Part shown: piece after piece, positions 26,320 through 36,377 of the stretch
Position numbering within the stretch: the first letter of the stretch is position 1
Layout of the letters: every line of letters starts with the position of its first letter
Assembly (NCBI GenBank): GCA_963811445.1
Contig: CAWERP010000008.1
Location: 2,087-66,086, forward strand
Source of the DNA: an uncultured Solirubrobacterales bacterium
GTDB taxonomy: Bacteria; Actinomycetota; Thermoleophilia; Solirubrobacterales; Solirubrobacteraceae
Direction of reading: 5' to 3'
DNA length: 64,000 nucleotides
Program-made: the position numbers and the translations under genes
The notes under the pieces: model-generated
Told to the model about the DNA's origin: nothing
Databases searched by the model: none
What the model saw: the letters and a program-made list of their open reading frames with translations, nothing else

Positions 26320-27501
26320 CTACAGCTGCCAGGTGTCGGTGGGCTGGCCCAAGAGCAGCCGCCCTGTCAGCTCCCAGCCGGCCGCGGAGACCATCATGTG
26401 CTGGGTCGCGACATGGACGTCGCGGAACCGTCGCTGAAGCGGGCTGGTCTCATAGATCGACGCGCCGCCCCCGGCGTGGTACATGGCGCTGACCACCTCC
26501 GCTGCCGAGGAGGTCGCGTGGGATGCCGCCAGCCGCAGGCCCACGCGGTGCTCGACGGACATCGGCTCGCCGGCCTGGGCGGCCGCCCAGGCGCCGGCGG
26601 CCTCCTCCAGCATCAGCGCCCGTGCGGCGCGCAGGCTCGCCTCGGCGCGCGCGACCTCCGTCTGCGTGCCGGGGCGCTGGGCGAGCGACCTGTTGCTCGC
26701 GGCGGGCGTCTTGGCAGTGGCGAGGGCGACCAGGTCCTCGATCGCTGCACGGGCGATTCCCAGCGCCACGGCGGCGACCCCCGCGGCAAGCAGCCCGAAC
26801 AGCGGGAACGAATAGAGCGCGCCCAGATGGCGCGGGCTGTCCGTGAACAGCGAGATGGCCCGCCCAGCCGGGACGAGCTCATCCTCGATCGCCATGTCAT
26901 GGCTGCCGGTGCCGCGCAATCCCGAGACCGACCACGTGTCGATCACCTCGACGGCGCTCGTCGGCATCAGCATCAGCCGCACGTCGGGGCTCCCGTTGTC
27001 GAGCATCTCTGGGCGGTCGCCGTCATAGACGACGCAGCCGCCGCCGATCCATTCGCAGTGCTGCACGCCGCTCGCAAACGACCAGCGTCCGCTGACCAGG
27101 TAGCCGTCCTCGCGACGCTCGGCGCGCCCCCGCGGCGCGAACACTCCCCCCGTGACTCCTCGCCCCTGCCGGTAGATCAGGCGTGCCTGCTCCTCCGGGA
27201 GGTAGGCGCCCAAGAGGCTGCTCGTCGAGGCGATCATCGCGCACCACGCGGTCGCCCCGTCGCCCCGCGCGAGCTCCTCCACGACCCGCACCATCTCGAC
27301 GGGCGGGACCTCGCGTCCGCCCAGCGCGCGGGGTAGGCACAGCGCGAACAGGCCGGCGTCGGTGAGCGCTGAGAGCAGCTCGGCGGGCAGCGCTCGCGCA
27401 CGCTCGATCTGCTCGGCCAGCGCCGCGGCACGGGGGGCGAGGCGCCGCGCCGCAGCAAGCGGCGACTCGGTGGGAGGAGAGTGCTCGGATTGGCCTGCCA
27501 T
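26320..27501 (-). CDS. acyl-CoA dehydrogenase-fold flavoprotein (flavin-dependent monooxygenase-like)
   Basis: ELLSALTDAGLFALCLPRALGG, GDGATAWCAMI, GGVFAPRG...GYLVSGRWSFASG: the ACAD N/M/C-domain pattern. Trimmed to MAGQSEH. Confidence 0.7.
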   Translation of the reverse strand: MAGQSEHSPPTESPLAAARRLAPRAAALAEQIERARALPAELLSALTDAGLFALCLPRALGGREVPPVEMVRVVEELARGDGATAWCAMIASTSSLLGAYLPEEQARLIYRQGRGVTGGVFAPRGRAERREDGYLVSGRWSFASGVQHCEWIGGGCVVYDGDRPEMLDNGSPDVRLMLMPTSAVEVIDTWSVSGLRGTGSHDMAIEDELVPAGRAISLFTDSPRHLGALYSFPLFGLLAAGVAAVALGIARAAIEDLVALATAKTPAASNRSLAQRPGTQTEVARAEASLRAARALMLEEAAGAWAAAQAGEPMSVEHRVGLRLAASHATSSAAEVVSAMYHAGGGASIYETSPLQRRFRDVHVATQHMMVSAAGWELTGRLLLGQPTDTWQL

Positions 27502-27591
27502 GTCAGCGGACGCCGCTCGGCGCCCGGGCGAGGCTAGCGCAGCGCGCCGGCCCGGGTAAACCCGCACGACGCTCATCCTCCAAGCGGACCG

Positions 27592-28449
27592 TCACCGTGA
27601 CGGGGTGCGCCTGCCGGGACCGCCCCGACCCTGCTGGTCGTCCGCCCGCACGGCCAGCGCCAGCAGATACTCGAGCACAAGCTCGAGATGAAGCTCTGAC
27701 TGCTCGCCGCGCTCCTGCACGAACGCGCGGAGATCACCCCGCAGATCCTCCCAGCGGCCTTCCGCCGTGAGCCTCTCCTGCTCGCTGACGACGTGACCGG
27801 CGGTACCGAGGAGGAACTCGACCGCATCGGCGACGTCGGGGAAGGCGAGGACCGCCTGTCCGGGTGAGCTCCTCAGCATCGTCAGCCCCCAAGGCTCGAG
27901 CAGGGCTGCAAGGGCGTCGGGGTCTCCCCACCGGCTCGGGGGACCGGTGCTCGGCGGCACCGGCGGCAAGTAGTCGCTCAGCACCCGGCCCATCGCGGGC
28001 ATCACGCTGTCCGGCATCCACGAGGCGAGTGCCACCCTCGCGCGAGGGGCGGCGACCCGAGCAAGCTCGCGTGCCGCTGCCTGGTGATCGGCCGCGTACA
28101 TGACGCCGAACACCGAGAGCACGACGTCGGCCGAGCGGTCCGCCGACGGCAGCGCCGCGAGATCGCCTCGCAGCCATCGGATGCTCCTCCTCGCCTGCCG
28201 GGCGCGCTGCTCGGCCACCGCCAGCAACGCCGGCTCCGAGTCGACGCCAACTGCATGCGCGCCCAGCGCGGCCGCGATCAGCGCGGCGTTGCCCGTGCCC
28301 GTCGCCACGTCGAGCACGCGATCGCCGGCCTTCACCCCCGCGAGCTGAACGGCGGCCAGCGCGGCCGGCTCGAGCCGCTCGGCCATCCGCGGGTAATCGC
28401 CCAAGCCCCAAGTGGTCAGACGTGCGCCCGTCGTGTCGTCGTCAACCAC
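27592..28449 (-). CDS. class I SAM-dependent methyltransferase
   Basis: Lower part of ORF 27592..29937, with GTG 28449. Motif I VLDVATGTGNAAL, plus VVLSVFGVMY and a C-terminal helical extension. Confidence 0.7.
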   Translation of the reverse strand: MVDDDTTGARLTTWGLGDYPRMAERLEPAALAAVQLAGVKAGDRVLDVATGTGNAALIAAALGAHAVGVDSEPALLAVAEQRARQARRSIRWLRGDLAALPSADRSADVVLSVFGVMYAADHQAAARELARVAAPRARVALASWMPDSVMPAMGRVLSDYLPPVPPSTGPPSRWGDPDALAALLEPWGLTMLRSSPGQAVLAFPDVADAVEFLLGTAGHVVSEQERLTAEGRWEDLRGDLRAFVQERGEQSELHLELVLEYLLALAVRADDQQGRGGPGRRTPSR

Positions 28450-28563
28450 CGCGTGATCATCCCTCGGACGCGCGTGAGGCGCCGCGGAGCCGTCCAAGCC
28501 GCGGCGCCCCATTTTGGACTTGGGTCGAATGACCGCACGGCCGGATGGGCGGACAATCAGGGC

Positions 28564-30039
28564 ATGCCGACGACGGGCCGCCAGGCCACAGCGCCGCTCC
28601 GGTCGAGCCTCCCGCGCACACACCCGCCGGGGAGAAGGCGTGCGGGCGGGGACTCCGGGCGCTGCTTCGACGAGGGTCTCGCCGCGGGGCGCCATGCGAC
28701 CGAGCCCGATCGCCGGGTGCAGGACGCCATCGCCGACATCGGCCTCGGCGAGCTGAGCGCGGCGGTCGCCGGCGACACGCGCCGGCGAGGCATCTCGTTC
28801 GGCAACGACAGGCAGGACGCGGCATTCCGCATCGACCCGATTCCCCGCGTGATCGACGCCGCGGAATGGCGCGGGCTCTCCGACGGCGTGGCCCAGCGGG
28901 TTCGTGCGCTGGAGCTGTTCGTCAGAGACGTCTACTCCGACCGGCAGATCATCCGCGCGGGCATCGTGCCCGGCCGGGTTCTCGCCGGCGCCCGGCACTA
29001 CGAGCCGCGGCTCGTGCGCATGGCCCAGGGGATCCGCACGTGGATCACCGTTGCGGGACTTGACCTCGTGCGCGACGGCGACGGCGCGTTCATGGTGCTG
29101 GAGGACAACGTGAGGACGCCGTCGGGCATCGCCTACGCGGTGGCGACGAGCGAGGTTCTTCGCGCACACCTGCCCCCGCCGCCGGGGCTGCGCGTGCGCT
29201 CGCTCGACGATGCATTCCGGACGCTCGGCGAGGCCCTGCGCTCCGCCGCGCCCCACGCCGCGCGCGAGGACCCGGTGGTCGTGCTGGTGAGCGACGGCAG
29301 TCGCAACTCGGCGTTCTACGAGCACGCCGCGATCGCACGTCATCTGGGCCTCCCGCTCGTCCTCCCCGACCAGCTCTCGGTCCGCGGCGGGCGTCTTTTC
29401 GCCCGCCTGGCACACGGCGAGCAGGCGATCGACGTCGTATACCGCCGCACCGACGAGGACCGGCTGGCCGACGATCACGGCCGACCGACGCGGATCGCGC
29501 GCCTCCTGCTCGAGCCGATCCTCGGAGGGACCCTCGCCTGCGTCAACGGATTCGGCACGGGCGTGGCCGACGACAAGCTGCTGCACGCCTACGTGGAGGA
29601 GATGGTGCGCTTCTACCTCGGCGAGGAGCCCCTCCTGCGATCGGTCCCCACCTACGATCCGGCGCAGCCCGGGATGCTGGAGATGATCCTCGGGCGGATC
29701 GACGAGCTGGTGATCAAGCCCCGCACCGGTCACGGGGGCTACGGCGTGGTCATCGGACCGCACGCCCGTCCTGAGGACCTGAGGGCCACCGCGGCCGCGC
29801 TGATCCGCGCTCCGAAGTCCTTCGTCGCGCAGGAGACGATCATGCTCTCGCGTCATCCCACGGTGACCGACGGGCGCATGGAGCCGCGGCACATCGATCT
29901 GCGCCCGTTCGCGATCTCGAGCGGTGAGACCGTGCACGTGCTTCCCGGCGGCCTGACCCGGGTGGCGTTCGATGCGGGAGCGCTCGTGGTCAACTCCTCC
30001 CAGAACGGTGGGAGCAAGGACACATGGGTGCTCGAATGA
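28564..30039 (+). CDS. circularly permuted ATP-grasp type 2 family protein (COG2308-like amidoligase)
   Basis: ORF 28084..30039 trimmed to ATG 28564. FRIDPIPRVIDAAEWRGLSDGVAQRVRALELFVRDVY, GAFMVLEDNVRTPSGIAY, GFGTGVADDKLLHAYVEEMVRFYLGEEPLL, VIKPRTGHGGYGV, LTRVAFDAGALVVNSSQNGGSKDTWVL. Confidence 0.75.
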   Translation: MPTTGRQATAPLRSSLPRTHPPGRRRAGGDSGRCFDEGLAAGRHATEPDRRVQDAIADIGLGELSAAVAGDTRRRGISFGNDRQDAAFRIDPIPRVIDAAEWRGLSDGVAQRVRALELFVRDVYSDRQIIRAGIVPGRVLAGARHYEPRLVRMAQGIRTWITVAGLDLVRDGDGAFMVLEDNVRTPSGIAYAVATSEVLRAHLPPPPGLRVRSLDDAFRTLGEALRSAAPHAAREDPVVVLVSDGSRNSAFYEHAAIARHLGLPLVLPDQLSVRGGRLFARLAHGEQAIDVVYRRTDEDRLADDHGRPTRIARLLLEPILGGTLACVNGFGTGVADDKLLHAYVEEMVRFYLGEEPLLRSVPTYDPAQPGMLEMILGRIDELVIKPRTGHGGYGVVIGPHARPEDLRATAAALIRAPKSFVAQETIMLSRHPTVTDGRMEPRHIDLRPFAISSGETVHVLPGGLTRVAFDAGALVVNSSQNGGSKDTWVLE

Positions 30040-30827
30040 CGAGGCCTCTGATCGGGGTCACGGTCTCTGAGATCCGCCAAAAGGTTGAGGTCCAGGTGGT
30101 TCTCCACGGCGAGCCGACCCAGACGGAGATGACGCTCGGCCTCCCCTACATGCTCGCCGTCGAGCAGGCGGGCGGACTGCCGGTCGCGCTGTCTCCGCTC
30201 GCGAGCCAGAGCGTCGACCCGCTCGTCGAGCATCTCTCGGGTCTGCTGGTCACGGGAGGCCCCGACCTCGACCCCTCCTGCTACGGAGCGCAGCCGGGCC
30301 CCCAGACCGGGCCCACCGATCGCGGCGTCGACCTGTTCGAGCTGTCGCTCTGCAGGGCGGCCTACCTGCGCGGCATGCCGATGCTGGGGATATGCAGGGG
30401 CGCCCAGCTCTTGAACGTGGCCAGGCGGGGCACGCTGCATCAGCATGTGCCGGATCTCGAACTGGGAGCCGTCGAGCACCGCCAGGCGCAGCCAGGCGAT
30501 CAACGGACCCACGAGGTGTGGGTGTCGCCCGACAGCGGACTCGCGCGGGCCACCGGCGGAGGCCCGGTGATGGTGAACTCGTTTCACCATCAGGCGGTCG
30601 ACCGTCTGGGTCTCGATCTTCGCCCGGTCGCCTGGGCGCAGGACGGCCTGATCGAGGCCATCGAGGCAAGGGACGGGCGCTTCGCCCTCGGTGTCCAGTG
30701 GCACGCCGAGACGCTCATCGACCAACCCGAGCAGCTCGCCCTGTTCGAGCGGCTCGTCGAAGAGGCCGAGGCTTCGGGCGCGAGGGACTCCGGCGAACAG
30801 GAGGGCTCCGATGCCCGCACGCTCTGA
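30036..30827 (+). CDS. peptidase C26 / class I glutamine-amidotransferase-like gamma-glutamyl hydrolase (PuuD-like)
   Basis: Its ATG overlaps the ATP-grasp stop as ATGA. GLLVTGGPDLDP, nucleophile elbow GICRGAQLLNVA, HHQAV, GVQWHAE. Confidence 0.8.
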   Translation: MTRPLIGVTVSEIRQKVEVQVVLHGEPTQTEMTLGLPYMLAVEQAGGLPVALSPLASQSVDPLVEHLSGLLVTGGPDLDPSCYGAQPGPQTGPTDRGVDLFELSLCRAAYLRGMPMLGICRGAQLLNVARRGTLHQHVPDLELGAVEHRQAQPGDQRTHEVWVSPDSGLARATGGGPVMVNSFHHQAVDRLGLDLRPVAWAQDGLIEAIEARDGRFALGVQWHAETLIDQPEQLALFERLVEEAEASGARDSGEQEGSDARTL

Positions 30828-31956
30828 GAAGCTCGTAACGCCGGGGAGCTCGTGGTCGGACTGGGCGGCCAACCCCGGCGCGCCCTGGACGGTCGGCGTG
30901 GAGGAGGAGGTCATGCTGCTCGACCCCGCCGACTGGTCGCTCGCCTCGCGGGCGGACTCGGTGATGTCGCGGCTGACCGGGGAGCTCGCGTCGCACACGA
31001 GCACGGAGACCCACGGCTCGGCGCTCGAGCTGCGAACCGATCCACGCCGGACGGTTTCCGAGGGGCTGACAGAACTCGAAGCGCTGCGCGGTGAGCTCGC
31101 GCGGGAGCTCGCGCCGTTGGGCATGCGAGCGGCGGTCGCGGGGCTGCACCCGTTCACCTCGTGGCAGCACACGAAGATCTCCGAGGGGGACCGCTACCGC
31201 TTCCTCTACGGGTCGATGCGCGAGCTCGCACGCCGCGAGCCGACCTTCGCGCTGCACGTCCACGTCGCGGTCCCCGATCCCCAGAGCGCGATGGTCGCGG
31301 TCAACCGGCTGCGCTCCCACCTGCCGCTGCTGCTCGCGCTGTCGGCCAACTCGCCCTTCTGGCAGGGCCGCGAGACCGGCCTGGCCTCCGCTCGCACCCC
31401 GCTGTTTCAGGCCTTTCCCCGAGTGGGGATCCCGCGTGCCTTCCTGGACTACGAGGACTACGTGAGCACGATCGACCTGCTGCTGCGCTGCGAGGCCTTT
31501 CCCGAGCCCACATTCCTGTGGTGGGACGCCCGCCTGCAGCCGCGATTCGGCACGATCGAGGTCAGGATCATGGACGCGCAGACAACCGTCTCTGACTCCG
31601 CGGCGCTCGCCGCGCTGGTGCAGTGCCTCGTGCGGCTCGAGGCCACCGAGGGCTCGGGGGCCGATCCCGCCATCGACCTGCCGGAGGTGCTCGCCGAGAA
31701 CCGCTTCCTCGCGGCGCGCGACGGGATCGGGGCGAGCCTGATCGACGCGCGCCTCGGGCACCGCTTGCCGGTGCCCGACGTGCTCGACTCGGCTCTTCGC
31801 GCCTGCACCGAGCATGCCGAAGACCTCGGTTGCCTGGAGGAGCTCCGCTGGACGCGGAATCTCGTGGCCATGCCGCGGGCCGAGCGGCAGCTCGCCCTCG
31901 CCCGGGGCCCCGACAAGCTGCCCGGCCTCGTCGAGGCGCTCGCCGCCCTGTTCTGA
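30811..31956 (+). CDS. carboxylate-amine ligase, GCS2 (YbdK-type glutamate-cysteine-ligase family 2)
   Basis: ATG 30811 (GGAGGG upstream) lies 17 nt inside the previous gene. TVGVEEEVMLLDP, ETHGSALELRTDP, FALHVHVAVPD, NSPFWQGRETGLASAR, RFGTIEVRIMDAQ. Confidence 0.8.
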   Translation: MPARSEKLVTPGSSWSDWAANPGAPWTVGVEEEVMLLDPADWSLASRADSVMSRLTGELASHTSTETHGSALELRTDPRRTVSEGLTELEALRGELARELAPLGMRAAVAGLHPFTSWQHTKISEGDRYRFLYGSMRELARREPTFALHVHVAVPDPQSAMVAVNRLRSHLPLLLALSANSPFWQGRETGLASARTPLFQAFPRVGIPRAFLDYEDYVSTIDLLLRCEAFPEPTFLWWDARLQPRFGTIEVRIMDAQTTVSDSAALAALVQCLVRLEATEGSGADPAIDLPEVLAENRFLAARDGIGASLIDARLGHRLPVPDVLDSALRACTEHAEDLGCLEELRWTRNLVAMPRAERQLALARGPDKLPGLVEALAALF

Positions 31957-32039
31957 GCGCCCGGGATCGCGCCGGCGTCGTTCACCCGCCGGCCCCCGCA
32001 GGCGCACGCTCGCGGGAGTTCGCTGGTAGGCTCCGTGAT

Positions 32040-32055
32040 TAGAGCGATCTATCAA
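32040..32055. promoter_or_regulatory. TetR-operator candidate, copy 1 (TAGAGCGATCTATCAA)
   Basis: An exact 16-mer shared with 34080..34095. It contains the imperfect palindrome TAGAGC|GATCTA and sits 45 bp upstream of ATG 32100. Confidence 0.45.
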
Positions 32056-32099
32056 ATACGGGCGACCCGGAAACGGCGCCGAGCGGGAGGTGCGTTGAG

Positions 32100-33359
32100 A
32101 TGCACAGATCCATGGCGACCACATCAGCCGCCGGGCACGGCCCGCCCCACGGTCACCGCCCGCACGGATGGATGCGTCACTATGCGGGGCTGCTCGCCCC
32201 GGGTGGTGCGGCGGCTGCGAAGGTAGCCCTCGAGCGCAACGGCGAGCAGCGCTTGAACCGCCTCGTGAGCGCGGTGAAGCGCGAGCGCCGCGGCGCGAGC
32301 ACGGCGCGCATGCGCGCCCTGCTGGCCGCTCCGGGCGGACGGCTGCGCTGGCGCGAGGCGCCCTGCCCGCCGACACCGGGACCCGACTCGGCGATCGTTC
32401 ACCCGATCGCCGCTTCGACGTGCGAGCTTGACTGCGCGCTGGCACTGGGTGCCACCCAGCTGCCGCTGCCGCTGCACCTCGGGCACGAATGCGTCGCCGA
32501 GGTGCTCGATGTCGGCGAGCGGGTCCAGAATGTGAAGCCGGGAGAGCGGGTGATCGTCCCGTTTCAGATCAGCTGCGGCGAGTGCGCGGCGTGCCGCGCC
32601 GGGCATACCGGCAGCTGCGTCTCGGTCCCTCCCGTATCGATGTACGGCTTCGGCCTGGCGGGCGGGCACTGGGGCGGGGCGTTCTCAGATCGGCTCGCGG
32701 TCCCCTACGCCGACGCGATGCTCGTGCCGCTGCCGGCGGGAATCGACCCCACCGTCGCCTGCGGGCTGTCCGACAACGTCTGCGACGCCTACCGGCACAT
32801 CGCCCCGCACCTGCCGGAACTGCTCGAGCGCGACCCCGACGCCGAGGTGCTGATCGTCTCGGCTCAGGACTCGGATTCGATGTTCGGCGGGAGCGTGGCC
32901 TTGTACGCAGGGCTCGTCGCCCGTGCGCTCGGGGCCCGCAGCGTCGCCCTGGCCGACGCGCGATCCCACATCCGCGCCGAGGCCGAGCGCCTCGGATTGC
33001 AGGCGCTCACGCCACGCGATCTCAAACGGCGCGCGCCCGCGCCGCTCGTCGTCGACATGAGCTTCGACGCCCTCCCGCTGGCGCTGGCGAGCACCGGCCC
33101 GGACGGTGTCTGCACGAGCGCGGGAAGCCTGCACGGAAGAGCGCGCGTCCCATTCCTTCTGATGTACGGACGCAACATGACCCTGCACGTCGGCCGCACG
33201 CACGCGCGCGCGCTCATTCCAAGCGTTCTGGAGCTGATCGCGGCGGGGGATCTGCGCCCGCTCGATGTGAGCACGCGCATCGCCTCGCTCGAGGAGGCCC
33301 CGCGCGTCCTCTCCGAGCATTTCCGGGGCGGCGTGATCAAGACGATCCTCACCGCGTAG
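32100..33359 (+). CDS. zinc-dependent medium-chain alcohol dehydrogenase family protein with His-rich N-terminal extension
   Basis: MDR core from aa 71 (GHECVAEVLDVGERV, PFQISCGECAACRAGHTGSC). GGGAGG lies 9 nt upstream of ATG 32100. The internal ATG 32310 has no SD. The extension reads GHGPPHGHRPHGWMRHY. Confidence 0.75.
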   Translation: MHRSMATTSAAGHGPPHGHRPHGWMRHYAGLLAPGGAAAAKVALERNGEQRLNRLVSAVKRERRGASTARMRALLAAPGGRLRWREAPCPPTPGPDSAIVHPIAASTCELDCALALGATQLPLPLHLGHECVAEVLDVGERVQNVKPGERVIVPFQISCGECAACRAGHTGSCVSVPPVSMYGFGLAGGHWGGAFSDRLAVPYADAMLVPLPAGIDPTVACGLSDNVCDAYRHIAPHLPELLERDPDAEVLIVSAQDSDSMFGGSVALYAGLVARALGARSVALADARSHIRAEAERLGLQALTPRDLKRRAPAPLVVDMSFDALPLALASTGPDGVCTSAGSLHGRARVPFLLMYGRNMTLHVGRTHARALIPSVLELIAAGDLRPLDVSTRIASLEEAPRVLSEHFRGGVIKTILTA

Positions 33360-33438
33360 GCGCCCGACTCGGTCAACCCAACGACGCAGGGGAACGCCGC
33401 GCCGGGGAACGCCGCGCCGACGAACCCGCGAGCCGGCC

Positions 33439-34014
33439 CTAGGCGAGGGGCAGGCTTGCCCGCACGTCCTCCACGGCCGCACGCCCGGCGAGCATGAGCG
33501 GCTCGGTGCTGCGCAGCGCCCGGCAGAACACGAACGCGCCCTCGAGCAGGCTGAGCATGGTGATCGCGAGCTCGCGAGAGCGGACCGCGTCGATCCCGGC
33601 CGCCGTGAAGTAGGCGGCGGCGGCCGCGATCCAGCTCTCGAAGACCTCGGCCGTCGCCAGCCTCAGCGGCTCGTTCGTGCTCGCGACCTCGAGAGCGACC
33701 GTGGCGATCGGGCAGGCGTCCGCGTAGTCGGTCTCGCGCAACGTCTCGGCCGCGCCGATGAAGAACTGCTCGACGGCGCCGAGGACGTCCGGAGCCTCGG
33801 CCGCGATGCCGGCGAACAGCTGGATGTACATCTCGCCGGACCAGCGGATCGTCTCGGCTGCCAGCTGCTCCTTGCCGCCCGGGAAGAAGTGGTAGAGCGA
33901 GCCGAACGGCGCGTCGGCGTCGGTGACGATCTGCTTGACCCCGGTACCGGCGTAGCCCTGCCGGCGGAACAGCTCCGCGCTCGAGTCGAGTATGCGATCT
34001 CTGGTGGTCGTCAC
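33439..34014 (-). CDS. TetR/AcrR-family transcriptional regulator
   Basis: GTG 34014 with AAGGAG upstream. RDRILDSSAELFRRQGYAGTGVKQIVTDADAPFGSLYHFFPGGKEQL is the canonical TetR HTH. Confidence 0.85.
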   Translation of the reverse strand: MTTTRDRILDSSAELFRRQGYAGTGVKQIVTDADAPFGSLYHFFPGGKEQLAAETIRWSGEMYIQLFAGIAAEAPDVLGAVEQFFIGAAETLRETDYADACPIATVALEVASTNEPLRLATAEVFESWIAAAAAYFTAAGIDAVRSRELAITMLSLLEGAFVFCRALRSTEPLMLAGRAAVEDVRASLPLA

Positions 34015-34079
34015 GTCCGGCGGCTCCTTGATGTATGCCCGTGCCCGGGTCCGCGCCTCCCGCGCTTCGGGGAGCGCCC

Positions 34080-34095
34080 TAGAGCGATCTATCAA
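34080..34095. promoter_or_regulatory. TetR-operator candidate, copy 2 (TAGAGCGATCTATCAA)
   Basis: Identical 16-mer, 66-81 bp upstream of the tetR start on the opposite strand, between the class III ADH stop and tetR. Confidence 0.45.
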
Positions 34096-34114
34096 GAAAG
34101 GGTATCGGAGCCCG

Positions 34115-35224
34115 TCAGCCGCCCAGCTCGAGCACAGTGCGTATCCCGTCCTGCGCGTCCATCAGCTCGAAGGCCCGGTTGACTTGCTCGAGTGGCATGC
34201 GATGCGAGATGAACGGATCGACGTCGAGGTCCCCACGCAGATAGAGCTCCACCAGCTCGGGCACCTGGTCGCGTCCCTTGACCCCGCCGAACGACGAGCC
34301 GCAGAGGCGGCGTCCGGTGATCAGCAGACGTGGCACCACGTCGAGCGTCTCGCCCTTGCCGGCCACCCCGCAGACCGTGCACAGGCCCCAGCCCATGCGC
34401 GCGGCCTCGAGCGCCTCTCTCATCACCGAGACCAGGCCGGTCGCCTCGAAGGTGTAGTCGGCGCCGAACCCGCCGGTGGTCTCGAGCGTCCGCTCGACGG
34501 CGTGTCCGTCCGCGCGCCAGCACTCGGTGGCGCCCTGGCGGCGGGCGAGCTCCAGCCGCTCGTCGGAGAGGTCGACGCAGATGATCCGCTCGGCCCCCCG
34601 CAGCCGGCACCCGGCCACCGCGCCGAGCCCCACCATCCCCGCGCCGAACACGACGCACGTCGCCCCCTCGCGCACCTCGGCGGTGAACATCGCCGCACCC
34701 AGCCCGGTCGACAGCCCGCACGCGAACAGGCAGGCCCGGTCGAACGGCGCCTCGGGACTCACCCGCGCCAGCGCGATCTCCGGCATGACGGTGTACTCCG
34801 CGAACGTCGAGGTTCCCATGAAGTGCCTGATCGGCTCGCCTGCGAGCGACAGCCGGGTCGTGCCGTCGGGGAGATAGCCCTTGTTCTGCTGCTCGCGGAT
34901 GGCCAGGCAGAGGTTGGTCCGCGGACTCAGGCAGTGAATGCACTCCCGGCATTGCGGCGAGAACAGCGTCACCACGTGATCGCCGGGGGCGAGATCCGCC
35001 ACCCCCTCGCCGACCGCCTCCACCATCCCGGCCCCCTCGTGGCCGAGGACCGTCGGCGCGTATCCCGACGGATCGGCGCCGGAGGCGGTGTACATGTCGG
35101 TGTGACACACGCCGCAGGCGACAAGCCTCACCAGCACCTCGCCCGCGCGAGGAGCGGCGAGGTCGAGTTCGGAGACGACGAGCGGACGGCCGAACTCCTC
35201 GAGCAGCGCGGCGCGAACCTTCAT
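34115..35224 (-). CDS. class III Zn-alcohol dehydrogenase, S-(hydroxymethyl)mycothiol/glutathione-type formaldehyde dehydrogenase
   Basis: VACGVCHTDMY, LGHEGAGMVEAVGEGV, FSPQCRECIHCLSPRTNLC, FMGTSTFAEYTV, VVFGAGMVGLGAV. Confidence 0.85.
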   Translation of the reverse strand: MKVRAALLEEFGRPLVVSELDLAAPRAGEVLVRLVACGVCHTDMYTASGADPSGYAPTVLGHEGAGMVEAVGEGVADLAPGDHVVTLFSPQCRECIHCLSPRTNLCLAIREQQNKGYLPDGTTRLSLAGEPIRHFMGTSTFAEYTVMPEIALARVSPEAPFDRACLFACGLSTGLGAAMFTAEVREGATCVVFGAGMVGLGAVAGCRLRGAERIICVDLSDERLELARRQGATECWRADGHAVERTLETTGGFGADYTFEATGLVSVMREALEAARMGWGLCTVCGVAGKGETLDVVPRLLITGRRLCGSSFGGVKGRDQVPELVELYLRGDLDVDPFISHRMPLEQVNRAFELMDAQDGIRTVLELGG

Positions 35225-35248
35225 GGCTGCCTTCGCCCCCTACCCGGC

Positions 35249-36274
<1,026 letters not shown>

Positions 36275-36377
36275 CGCGTTGCCTTTCGCTGGTGGGCGTG
36301 GTGAGGGGCGGTCCATGGTGGCACACCGTCTCGCGCCGAGTCCCGAGGTCGCCCCGCGGCGACTAGAGTCTGGCCGG

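Noticed and set aside
28450-29937. Upper two-thirds of the 781-aa minus-strand ORF 27592..29937
   Set aside because: Only the last 286 aa are methyltransferase-like. The rest is antisense to the ATP-grasp gene.
30715-32445. 576-aa minus-strand ORF
   Set aside because: It is antisense to the GCS2 ligase gene and the intergenic region. It is Arg-rich with no motifs.
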